DNA of 64,000 bases, taken from Patescibacteria group bacterium (GTDB lineage: Bacteria; Patescibacteriota; Microgenomatia; UBA12405). The translations under genes were made by a program, and so were the position numbers. The stretch spans positions 10,227 through 74,226 of the forward strand of contig WARW01000003.1 of NCBI GenBank assembly GCA_013387215.1, read 5' to 3'. The notes under the pieces are model-generated. The model was not told the origin of the DNA. It did not search any database and saw only the letters and a program-made list of their open reading frames with translations. Positions 19,231 to 28,209 of the stretch are shown piece by piece (position 1 is the first letter of the stretch; every line of letters begins with the position of its first letter).

Positions 19231-20694
19231 TTAATGATGACAACCACAACCTTTTGCACCAGATTCAATAATAGTTGGGGCTGCTCCAACAGAGTTGATA
19301 TTGCCTGATTTATCAAGCACTTCAAAAGTGCCCGTAACCATGCCCATCCAACAACTAAACCGATAAATTCCAGGAGTGTTGACAGTAAATTCTTTAACAC
19401 TGGTGGTTCCTGGAACTAAATCAATTTGACCGGAAAATAGTTGGCGGGAGATGATGGCATTAGTGCAACCACTAGTGCCCGTATCCTCTATTTCCCATTT
19501 AACAGGTATTCCAGCGCGAACTTTAAGTTTATTTGGAGCATATCCAGCAGATGAAGCTTTAATATGGATGATTTGCTTACCATCAATAATTGGAGGTAAG
19601 TCAGTGGCAATATTTTGAGATATGGTTTTAGGGGAAGTTAGAGATTCCAGATTAGAAACGCCTAAAACTGCCAATTGGGCATTTATATTAAAAAAGGCGA
19701 AGAATAAAACCAGAATTCCGGCAATTATAGAAAACTGCTGAGAAAATTTTGGATTAGAAAAAAGTTTAATACTGGTTAAGCCAATTGTGAGCAGGCCTGG
19801 TAGGGTGCCAATAGCAAATAAGCCCATGATTAAGGCACCTTGTATTGGATTACCAGAAGCTAATGCCAGTGCTTGGACTGTAATAGTAAAACCGCAAGGC
19901 AAGAAAAAGGTTAAAGCTCCCATAATTACCGGAGCAAATTTGCCAGTAAAATTAGACTCGTCTGAAAATCGGCGGGTTAAAGATTTGGGTAATTGAAGAC
20001 GAAATTTTTGCAGAGCTTTTATGCCAAGCATTTGTAAACCCAGAAGAATCATTAAGACAGATACAGCGATCACTAGGCTGGCTGAAAAAAGCGGCGTCAA
20101 TCTGAAGAAATTACCAATTTGGCCCAGAATGGCGCCAAAAGCAAGATAAGATAAAACCCGACCAGTATTAAACAAAAAGTGCGGTTGTAGTTTTTTGACG
20201 GTGGAATCGGAATTTGAATAAAGATTGTTCCATTGTTGAGACAAAGATAAAATAATACCGCCAACAAGAGCCGCGCAACTGGAAAAACCAGCGAGCAGAC
20301 CGAAAAGGAAAAACACAGGTAGAGAACTTTGTGCATTAACTGATATTAAAGAGGAAAATCCAGATTTACCTAATAAAATAAAAACTAAAATAAATAAAAG
20401 GCTAAAAAATAATGAAGAAAAAACATTGAGACGTTTTTTTTCTATTGGGCAAGAAACAGCTTTGGTGTTTTGTTTAGAAAATGGCTTGAGTGAAAACCGA
20501 TAGTTATCTTTTAAAAAGATATCGTTTAAATCTTTTAAAGATATTTTTATATTTCTTTTTGTTTCAAGAGATAAAGTTGACTTAGCTAAGGAAACCTCGG
20601 CTTTAACAACTCCTTGCTGCTTTAAAAGTTTCTTTTCGATTAGAATTTCACAAGAAGGACAATGCAGGCCAGAAATATAAAATAATTGTTTCAT
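19231..20694 (-). CDS. HMA domain - DsbD/CcdA-like permease - cupredoxin fusion with C-terminal GCGCHH tail
   Basis: 'ISGLHCPSCEILIEKKL' (HMA); ~6-8 TM central region; 'SGCTNAIISRQLF...YRFSCWMGMVTGTFEV' (cupredoxin-like); terminal 'KGCGCHH'; start at internal ATG (MKQLFYISG). Confidence 0.6.
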   Translation of the reverse strand: MKQLFYISGLHCPSCEILIEKKLLKQQGVVKAEVSLAKSTLSLETKRNIKISLKDLNDIFLKDNYRFSLKPFSKQNTKAVSCPIEKKRLNVFSSLFFSLLFILVFILLGKSGFSSLISVNAQSSLPVFFLFGLLAGFSSCAALVGGIILSLSQQWNNLYSNSDSTVKKLQPHFLFNTGRVLSYLAFGAILGQIGNFFRLTPLFSASLVIAVSVLMILLGLQMLGIKALQKFRLQLPKSLTRRFSDESNFTGKFAPVIMGALTFFLPCGFTITVQALALASGNPIQGALIMGLFAIGTLPGLLTIGLTSIKLFSNPKFSQQFSIIAGILVLFFAFFNINAQLAVLGVSNLESLTSPKTISQNIATDLPPIIDGKQIIHIKASSAGYAPNKLKVRAGIPVKWEIEDTGTSGCTNAIISRQLFSGQIDLVPGTTSVKEFTVNTPGIYRFSCWMGMVTGTFEVLDKSGNINSVGAAPTIIESGAKGCGCHH

Positions 20695-20710
20695 ACTACG
20701 TAGTGTAGTA
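20694..20710. promoter_or_regulatory. dyad motif TACTAC-N5-GTAGTA abutting start codon of HMA-permease gene
   Basis: TACTACGTAGTGTAGTA, perfect 6-5-6 inverted repeat filling the 23-nt gap between M56 gene stop and next start. Confidence 0.4.
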
Positions 20711-20717
20711 GATGTTT

Positions 20718-21626
20718 TCATTCTTTGCAATGGTCTGATAAAGAGATGTTTTGGTGAGAGAATAAAACTTCGACACATTTGACCAAATGGTTGCATTGAT
20801 AGAAAATTGTAGATTTACCAATAAAGGTAGTAGTAAACAAAATGAGAACCAATAAAAATGAATTTAGGGTAAAGAAGTTTTTGAAATTAGGCTTCTTTTT
20901 ATCAACTAAAACCGAAACGCGTTCATGAAATTCAGAAAAATTATTGAGATAAAAATTATTTCTTGTGTCAGGTTCTTCTATTTTTAACAGAGCAGAAACC
21001 AATGGTGTTTTTGATTTCAATTGAGTTTGGGCATAATTATCACAATTTATTTCTACCAATGCAGAATAATTTTTGAATATCCAGACTTTCTTTGGGAAAG
21101 AAGGTAAAAAGTGGTTGATTAAATCAACAATAAAATCTTTTAAAGGGTCAAAATTAAATTGATGTTTTTGTTCATGAAAAATAATCGCTTCCAATTCTTT
21201 TGGATTAACGGTTTTAATTAATTTTTCCGATATATAGATTTGAGGATTTAAAAAACCTGAAGTAAAGGCAATGACTTCTTTAATTTTGATCAAGTTATAC
21301 TGATTTTGTCTTTTTGATTTAAGGTTGTTTAAAAATTTTTTAGTTAAAAATATTTTATTAAAAGAATAATCGAGAGATTTAAAGAAGCGAAGTAAAAGAA
21401 TAAATAATATTATTCCGGATAAAACATTTATATAAAATGTCGAAGAAATAATTAAGGGAATTAAATTTTGATGATTATTTTTTAGGGCATCTATTAAAAA
21501 TATCAACTGCATCGAAAATCCAGAGAATATCTTTAAAAAGGCGAGTGATAAAAAGGATATGTAAAGAATTCCTAAAGTTAGGATGAATAAAAAAGCTAGA
21601 TTTCTTTGAAAACTGATTTTAGTCAT
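20718..21626 (-). CDS. M56-family (BlaR1/MecR1-like) membrane zinc protease without penicillin-binding sensor domain
   Basis: 4 TM helices, 'IIFHEQKHQ' HEXXH; 302 aa; Cys/His-rich C-terminus 'CNHLVKCVEVLFSHQNISLSDHCKE'. Confidence 0.65.
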   Translation of the reverse strand: MTKISFQRNLAFLFILTLGILYISFLSLAFLKIFSGFSMQLIFLIDALKNNHQNLIPLIISSTFYINVLSGIILFILLLRFFKSLDYSFNKIFLTKKFLNNLKSKRQNQYNLIKIKEVIAFTSGFLNPQIYISEKLIKTVNPKELEAIIFHEQKHQFNFDPLKDFIVDLINHFLPSFPKKVWIFKNYSALVEINCDNYAQTQLKSKTPLVSALLKIEEPDTRNNFYLNNFSEFHERVSVLVDKKKPNFKNFFTLNSFLLVLILFTTTFIGKSTIFYQCNHLVKCVEVLFSHQNISLSDHCKE

Positions 21627-21984
21627 TATTTTTCAAATATTCTTTTAATAACTCAATATCATTTTTATTGTTTTTAATAGTATCGACAAATTGGGAAATA
21701 GCCAACTTACCATATGAACCGACCAAATTGCCGTAAATTCCAGACAGATTAGATTCGATAAACTGATCTTTATTTAAAATGGGAGTATAAAAATAAACTT
21801 TACCTTCTAGTTTTCTTTTGACTATTTTTTTATCTGACATTCGCTTGAGAACAGTCATAATTGTGGTGTAGGCCTGATCCCCTTTTAGACTCACTAGAAC
21901 TTCGGCAGGTTTTAAAGGACGGTTGGACTGCCAAAGGATATCCATTATCTTCTGTTCTAATTCACCAAGCATTTGGGTTTTCAT
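21619..21984 (-). CDS. BlaI/MecI/CopY-family transcriptional repressor
   Basis: 121 aa winged-helix 'LGELEQKIMDILW...PAEV...TIMTVLKRMSDKKIV...KVYFYTP'; no C-terminal Cys metal motif; 8-nt overlap with M56 gene. Confidence 0.8.
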   Translation of the reverse strand: MKTQMLGELEQKIMDILWQSNRPLKPAEVLVSLKGDQAYTTIMTVLKRMSDKKIVKRKLEGKVYFYTPILNKDQFIESNLSGIYGNLVGSYGKLAISQFVDTIKNNKNDIELLKEYLKNND

Positions 21985-21985
21985 A

Positions 21986-22002
21986 TACTACTTAGTGTAG
22001 CA
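21986..22002. promoter_or_regulatory. second copy of dyad motif, 1 nt upstream of repressor start codon
   Basis: TACTACTTAGTGTAGCA (one arm mismatch) in the 47-bp region upstream of the repressor gene. Confidence 0.4.
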
Positions 22003-22031
22003 TATTTTTAAAACTCCATGTTTATCAGTGA

Positions 22032-23420
22032 TTATTGCTTACATTGACCATTGTAGACTGGTGAACAACCAAGTTGGCTGTCGGTTCGCTGGCCAGAAGT
22101 GTCGTCAATATGTTTACGAAGCACTTGTTCTAGCTCATACCCTTTTTGAGGAATGGTGGAGATTAAATTGTTTTGCTCTTTAGGATCGTCATTTAGGTTA
22201 TAAAGCTCTTTGTTGCCGTTTTCTAAAGTTAAAATAAATTTCCAGCCATCTGGAGTCTGATAGGACCTTTTAAATGTATAAAGTCGATAATCAGTTTCAC
22301 TAAATACACTGTGGGCGACAGATTTACCATCAAAAACCGGAGTAAGATCAGCACCTTTTGTCTGTTCAGGAACAGGGTTTTTTATTCCCAATAAATCAAG
22401 CGCAGTTGGAACTATATCGAGAGTGCTTACTAGTTCATTAATTCTTTGGCCTTTGGTTTGGCCTGGTTTGTGAATAGCAAACAAAACATCAACTAGTTCA
22501 CCATAAAGAGTGTGGCCATGATCAAAACGATTATGTTCGTAGAATTCAGTGCCATGATCACTCATAACGATAATAATTGTATTATCCAAAAGTTTCATGT
22601 TGTTGATCTGATCCATAAAGTTTTTGAATTCAGCATCGGTACGATTAATCTTTTCATCATAAATAGCCCGCCAAAAAGCCACATCTTCGGGTGATAGATT
22701 TAAACTTTTACCAGCTAAACCGTCTTCACGAAGTTGACCTTGTTCGGTTGGACTGCCAGTATATTTGCCGTTATATGGCTTTGAAACATAGCGATAATCA
22801 AAACCACCGGCTGGTGCATGCTGCCCGTGAACATCATAGCCATGAAGGAAAAGGAAAAACTGCTTGTTTTTATTCTGCTTTAACCAGTCAACTGCTCTTG
22901 GTATGCTGCCATCGAAACCACCGAAGGTGCCAGTGGGTTCATAATAAGTATCAAAACCTTGACTAAAACCAAACTGCGGCCCAACTCCAGCATCGCCAGT
23001 AAAACCGCCAGTAACAAAACCTTGTTTTTTAAGAATTTCAGCAAGGGTCATGGCATTCGGAGAAAGTTTTTTTAAATTAGAAATAGTTCCCTTTTGGGCT
23101 TTCATATCGTAATCACTAAATTTGTTGACAACTTTATGTTCGGATGGATACATAGAAGTAAAGACAGACATGTGGGTTGGCACTGTCCAAGATGACGGAC
23201 TGACAGTATTGGTAAATAAAGTTGACTTATCAATAAAAGAATCTAAATTGGGAGTCGTGTTCAAAGAATAGCCATATTCATGCAAATGCTTGGCCTGCAA
23301 GCCATCGATCGAAACAAGAATAAGATTATATTTTTTATGAAATAGTTTTGGAGAAATCTTTATTGCAGCAACGGTTAGTAAGCTTAGAACAATGACACCA
23401 ATAAGAAATTTAATTTTCAT
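22032..23420 (-). CDS. membrane-anchored sulfatase-fold (alkaline phosphatase superfamily) protein, divergent paralog
   Basis: Signal/TM; 'TTPNLDSF', 'SSWTVPTHMSVFTSMYP', 'MSDHGTEFYEHNRFDHG' sulfatase-family motifs; lacks KKEGYF tail. Confidence 0.75.
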   Translation of the reverse strand: MKIKFLIGVIVLSLLTVAAIKISPKLFHKKYNLILVSIDGLQAKHLHEYGYSLNTTPNLDSFIDKSTLFTNTVSPSSWTVPTHMSVFTSMYPSEHKVVNKFSDYDMKAQKGTISNLKKLSPNAMTLAEILKKQGFVTGGFTGDAGVGPQFGFSQGFDTYYEPTGTFGGFDGSIPRAVDWLKQNKNKQFFLFLHGYDVHGQHAPAGGFDYRYVSKPYNGKYTGSPTEQGQLREDGLAGKSLNLSPEDVAFWRAIYDEKINRTDAEFKNFMDQINNMKLLDNTIIIVMSDHGTEFYEHNRFDHGHTLYGELVDVLFAIHKPGQTKGQRINELVSTLDIVPTALDLLGIKNPVPEQTKGADLTPVFDGKSVAHSVFSETDYRLYTFKRSYQTPDGWKFILTLENGNKELYNLNDDPKEQNNLISTIPQKGYELEQVLRKHIDDTSGQRTDSQLGCSPVYNGQCKQ

Positions 23421-23493
23421 ATCAAGTAAATCAAATTATATAAATGATATAAGTGTTATATTAAATTTATCTTTTAAAAGCAATAGACCGTAA

Positions 23494-25023
23494 ATGCGAT
23501 TGGGTAAAAAAATATTTATATTTGGTTTGCTGGGATTGATGATAATTGGGAGCGGTTTTTTGATTATTAAAAAAGTATCAAAAAAAACCTGCGATAAATG
23601 CAACATAATGCTTATCGATGTTGATATTTTGAGAGCAGATGAACTTCCCTGCTATGGATATCCCCGAAACACAATGCCAAACATTTGTGAATTTGCCAAA
23701 AAATCAGTAAGTTTTAAAGATAATTATTCGACTTCATATTGGACACTACCAAGTATTTTTTCAGTAATTACTTCACTATATCCAACTTTTCATCAAATGC
23801 AGGTTAATTATATGTTTGCACTGTCGTCTAGAATTCCGACTTTAGCAGAAACTTTACATAAGCAAGGATATAAGACTGTTTATGTGGGACAAAAAGACGA
23901 TTTAATGTCTAGTTATAATGGCGGTTTCCGCGGTTATGATTTAGTAACTCAAGAACCAATTGAAAAAGTAATTGATGAACTTTCAAAAAGTTCTCAACCA
24001 TGGTTTATACATAGGTATATCAGTGAATTGCATATGCCCTATTTATTGCCAGATAATTTAAAACCTGTGGAAGATTTGCCGGTTCCAAAAAATTTACCAA
24101 CTACTTATTACACTTTCGATTTATTTTTTAATAAATATTTAAAAGAACATTACAAAGAAATATTTAAACAGAAAGCAATCGATGAATATAGAGCAATTAT
24201 TTTAGGACCAGATAAGGCAGATGATATTAGTGTGACCAATCTTTTTGATAAATTGAGAGCTGACGATAAAACCATAAATGAATATTTATTAGATGCCTGG
24301 AGACCGAGATTAGATTTTTATTTAAAATCGTTTGACGGAAAAAATCCCCAAGATGTGGCTTATTTAAGAATGATGTATGACACTAAACTAAAATATCTTG
24401 ATGAAAAACTAAAACCTCTTTTACAAAGACTAGACTCGAGTTCATTGTCAAAAAACACTATTACAGTGATTATGTCGGATCATGGTGAAGCATTTGGCGA
24501 GCACGGAACGTTTTCACATGAGGATAATCATTTCACTGAACTATTTTACACTCCTTTAATAATCAGGGCTCCTCAATTTGAAGCAAAACAAGTTGAACAA
24601 ACCACAAATATAGTGGATATATTTCCGACTATTTTAGATTTAACAGGTGAGAAAAAAATTGATATGCATCAAGGGCAATCATTAGTACCTTATATGAATG
24701 GCCAAACTAAAAACGATACTACATTCAGCTTGAGCCAATCAATAGAAGGAACGCTTTTACAAAATAAGAATTGGCTGTACTTTTTACCAAACAGCGCTAA
24801 AGATATGAATGAATCAGAACTCTATAATAAAACCATCGACCCCCTGGAAAAAGTGAATGTGACTGGACAGAATCAAGATTTAGTTAAAACACTTTTTAAA
24901 AAAGCTGATTTATTCCGCTCATACGGAGGGATTGATTATGAAAAAGAAGAAATACCGTTGCCAAACCGGATGAAGTTGGACCCAGATAAAATAGAACGCC
25001 TTAAAAAAGAAGGATATTTTTAA
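23494..25023 (+). CDS. sulfatase-fold paralog 1 (Thr at sulfatase Cys position)
   Basis: N-terminal TM; 'DELPCYGYPRNTMPNICEF', 'STSYWTLPSIFS', 'MSDHGEAFGEHGTFSHE'; C-terminal 'KIERLKKEGYF'. Confidence 0.75.
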   Translation: MRLGKKIFIFGLLGLMIIGSGFLIIKKVSKKTCDKCNIMLIDVDILRADELPCYGYPRNTMPNICEFAKKSVSFKDNYSTSYWTLPSIFSVITSLYPTFHQMQVNYMFALSSRIPTLAETLHKQGYKTVYVGQKDDLMSSYNGGFRGYDLVTQEPIEKVIDELSKSSQPWFIHRYISELHMPYLLPDNLKPVEDLPVPKNLPTTYYTFDLFFNKYLKEHYKEIFKQKAIDEYRAIILGPDKADDISVTNLFDKLRADDKTINEYLLDAWRPRLDFYLKSFDGKNPQDVAYLRMMYDTKLKYLDEKLKPLLQRLDSSSLSKNTITVIMSDHGEAFGEHGTFSHEDNHFTELFYTPLIIRAPQFEAKQVEQTTNIVDIFPTILDLTGEKKIDMHQGQSLVPYMNGQTKNDTTFSLSQSIEGTLLQNKNWLYFLPNSAKDMNESELYNKTIDPLEKVNVTGQNQDLVKTLFKKADLFRSYGGIDYEKEEIPLPNRMKLDPDKIERLKKEGYF

Positions 25024-25068
25024 TAGGTGGTATATTAAACTGATAATTAAAAGTAATAGGCTGTTTTA

Positions 25069-26613
25069 ATGCTCAAAAGAAAATATCAAAAAATTATAAT
25101 CGGAGCGGGATTTATTTTGTTGATTATATTTGGGCTAATAGGACTTTTTAAACGAACAAACAAATTGCCATTTAAAGCCTGTACCAACTGCAACATTATA
25201 TTAATTGATATTGATATTTTAAGAGCTGATGAATTGCCTTGCTACGGATATTCCCGAAATACCACCCCAAACATTTGTAATTTTGCGAAAAAGGGTATGA
25301 TTTTTAATGACAACTATTCTCCATCCTATTGGACTATGCCTAGTATGTTTTCCACAATAACGTCTCTTTATCCAACTTTCCACCGAATCCAAATGAATTA
25401 CACTGAAGCTTTGTCGCCTAAAATTCCAACCCTTGCAGAAACTTTACACAAACAAGGCTACCGAACAATCTATATTGGCCCGGAAGACGACATGTTAAAA
25501 CACAATAATGGCGGCTTACGCGGTTATGATTTAGTGACTCAAGAACCGATTGAAAAAGTGGTAAGCGAATTGTCGAAAAGTTCTCAACCATGGTTTGTGC
25601 ATTACTATAATAGTGATTTGCATGCCCCATATTTATTTAATGAAAAACCTCAATTGATTGATAATCTTCCCGCCCCTAAAAATTTTCCAATTACTTATTT
25701 AGATTTCAGTATTCTTCTAAATAAATATTTAAAAGAACATTACAAAGAAATATTCAAACAGAAAGCTATCGATGAATATAGAGCAATTATTTTAGGACCA
25801 GATAAAGCAGATGATATTAGTGTAACTACTCTTTTTAACAATATTAGAGGCGATAAGAAAATAATGAATGATTATTTATTTGATGCCTGGGTGCCAATAT
25901 TAAACACTTATCTTGGTTCTTTTGATAAAAATAATGCCGATAATGTGGCATATTTACGCATGATATATGATACTAAACTTAAGATAATAGACGATAAGTT
26001 GGGAGCGCTTTTTCAAGAGTTGGATTCAGAAGCACTATCTAAAAACACCATAACAGCAATTTCGTCAGACCACGGAGAAGCGTTTGGAGAACATGGAACT
26101 TTTTCACATGAGGTTAACCATTTCACTGAACTATATTACACACCTTTAATAATCAAGGCTCCACAATTTTCAGGAAAAATAATTAATGAAACCAGCAGCA
26201 ACATTGATATTTTCCCGACTTTTTTAGACTTAACCGGCAGCGAAAAAATTAATAATCAGCAAGGCAAATCACTAGTTTCTTATATGAATAATGAAAATAA
26301 AAGTTTAGAGGGCTTTAGTGTCAGTGAATGTTCGGAAGGAATATTGCTGCAAAATAAAAAATGGTTGTATTTTTTATCAAATGAGGTTTCAGAATTTAAT
26401 AAATCGGAACTTTACGACAGGAAAAATGATCCATTAGAAAAAAATAATGTGGTTGGAAAGAATCCAGAATTAGCTAGATCACTTTACCGACAGGCTGATT
26501 TGTTCCGATCCTATGGCAAAATTGAATATAAAAAAGAAGAGATACCAATTAGTGAGCAAATTAAGTTGGATCCAGAAAAGATCGAACGTCTTAAAAAAGA
26601 AGGCTATTTTTAA
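25069..26613 (+). CDS. sulfatase-fold paralog 2
   Basis: ~70% aa identity to paralog 1; ~108-nt near-identical tract; tail 'KIERLKKEGYF'. Confidence 0.75.
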   Translation: MLKRKYQKIIIGAGFILLIIFGLIGLFKRTNKLPFKACTNCNIILIDIDILRADELPCYGYSRNTTPNICNFAKKGMIFNDNYSPSYWTMPSMFSTITSLYPTFHRIQMNYTEALSPKIPTLAETLHKQGYRTIYIGPEDDMLKHNNGGLRGYDLVTQEPIEKVVSELSKSSQPWFVHYYNSDLHAPYLFNEKPQLIDNLPAPKNFPITYLDFSILLNKYLKEHYKEIFKQKAIDEYRAIILGPDKADDISVTTLFNNIRGDKKIMNDYLFDAWVPILNTYLGSFDKNNADNVAYLRMIYDTKLKIIDDKLGALFQELDSEALSKNTITAISSDHGEAFGEHGTFSHEVNHFTELYYTPLIIKAPQFSGKIINETSSNIDIFPTFLDLTGSEKINNQQGKSLVSYMNNENKSLEGFSVSECSEGILLQNKKWLYFLSNEVSEFNKSELYDRKNDPLEKNNVVGKNPELARSLYRQADLFRSYGKIEYKKEEIPISEQIKLDPEKIERLKKEGYF

Positions 26614-26654
26614 TTAGGTTAATATATAAATAATATATTGAATAAATAAATTAC

Positions 26655-28196
26655 ATGAAGATTCTTTTTTTTAGAGAAAAAAAATACCGCAAGATTATTG
26701 TGTTAGTTGGTATAGCATTAATAATTGGGTTAGTACTTGCATGGAAAAGATTGCCTGAAAAAAAGTGTGAACACTGCAATATTGTAATGGTAGATATTGA
26801 TGTCTTAAGAGCTGATGAGTTGCCTTGTTATGGATATTCCCGAAACACCACTCCCAATATTTGCCAGTTTGCCAAAAAGGCGACTATTTTTAAAGATAAT
26901 TATTCGACTTCATATTGGACTTTACCTAGTATGTTTTCAACAATTACCTCTATGCTACCCACCTTTCATAAGGTGAGAACTGAATTTATCAACAAACTGT
27001 CCCCTGATACAAAAACACTAGCCGAAGTTTTACATAGCCAGGGATATCGAACAGTATATATTGGCGACGGCCAGAATCCTGCTTTATTAACCAAAGATAA
27101 CGGAGGCTTGAGAGGTTACGATATTGTGACAAAAGAACCGATCGAAAAAGTAATTGCAGATCTTTCAAAAAGCTCACAGCCATGGTTTATCCACTATTAT
27201 TTAGTTGATTTACATATGCCTTATTTATTACCAGAAAATGTGAAACCAATGGAAGATCTGCCAGCTCCAAAAAATTTGCCAATAAACCAAACCGATTTTG
27301 ACCGCATGTTAAATACCTATTTAAAAAAGCACTATAAACAAATATTTAATGAAAAAGCGATTGGAAAATACGGCTCGGTTATTTTAGCTCCAGATAAAGC
27401 AGATGATACCAGTGTGACTAAACTTTTCAACGATTTAAGATGGACTAGTAAAAGCATGACTGAATATTTTATTGACAGCTGGAAGCCTATTTTTAATTCA
27501 TATATGGATTCATTTGATAAGAATAATCCCAATGATGTGGCATATATTAGAATGATGTACGATACAAAATTAAAACTGGCTGACGAGCAACTACAATCTC
27601 TTTTTATAAAATTAGAGACAAAACCATTTTCTGAAAATACGATCTCGATAATTATGTCAGATCATGGAGAAGCGTTTGGAGAACATGGAACTTTTTCCCA
27701 TGACAATAATAGTTATACGGAACTTTATCACACGCCGTTAATAATTCGGGCACCTGGACTGCCTGCTAAAATTGTGGACCAAACTTCAAGCAACCTAGAT
27801 ATTTTTCCAACAGTTTTAGACTTAAATGAAATAAAAAAATTAGACAGTTTTCAGGGAAAATCATTAGTGGACAGTGTCAATAAAAAAACAGAAACTAAAT
27901 CATTTAGTCTAAGCGAATATTCTGATGGTGTAATTTTACAAAACCATGACTGGCTGTATTTCTTACCATTTTGGGTTGATAAGTTTGAAAACTCAATGTT
28001 GTTTGATAGAAATAAAGATCCTAAGGAAAAAAATAATGCAGCAAAACAGAATTTAGAGTTAACTCACTTTCTTTATAAACAAGCTGATTTATTGAGATCT
28101 TATAATGGAATTATTTATAAGCCAGAGGAAATTCCAAGCGATATTAAATTAAATCCTGAAAAAATAGAGCGTCTTAAAAAAGAAGGCTATTTTTAA
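26655..28196 (+). CDS. sulfatase-fold paralog 3
   Basis: Same motifs; tail 'KIERLKKEGYF'. Confidence 0.75.
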   Translation: MKILFFREKKYRKIIVLVGIALIIGLVLAWKRLPEKKCEHCNIVMVDIDVLRADELPCYGYSRNTTPNICQFAKKATIFKDNYSTSYWTLPSMFSTITSMLPTFHKVRTEFINKLSPDTKTLAEVLHSQGYRTVYIGDGQNPALLTKDNGGLRGYDIVTKEPIEKVIADLSKSSQPWFIHYYLVDLHMPYLLPENVKPMEDLPAPKNLPINQTDFDRMLNTYLKKHYKQIFNEKAIGKYGSVILAPDKADDTSVTKLFNDLRWTSKSMTEYFIDSWKPIFNSYMDSFDKNNPNDVAYIRMMYDTKLKLADEQLQSLFIKLETKPFSENTISIIMSDHGEAFGEHGTFSHDNNSYTELYHTPLIIRAPGLPAKIVDQTSSNLDIFPTVLDLNEIKKLDSFQGKSLVDSVNKKTETKSFSLSEYSDGVILQNHDWLYFLPFWVDKFENSMLFDRNKDPKEKNNAAKQNLELTHFLYKQADLLRSYNGIIYKPEEIPSDIKLNPEKIERLKKEGYF

Positions 28197-28209
28197 ATAA
28201 ATTTGAAAG

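Noticed and set aside
19206-19400. 64-aa ORF overlapping the 3' end of the HMA-permease-cupredoxin gene
   Set aside because: Embedded out of frame in a motif-supported gene; no features of its own.
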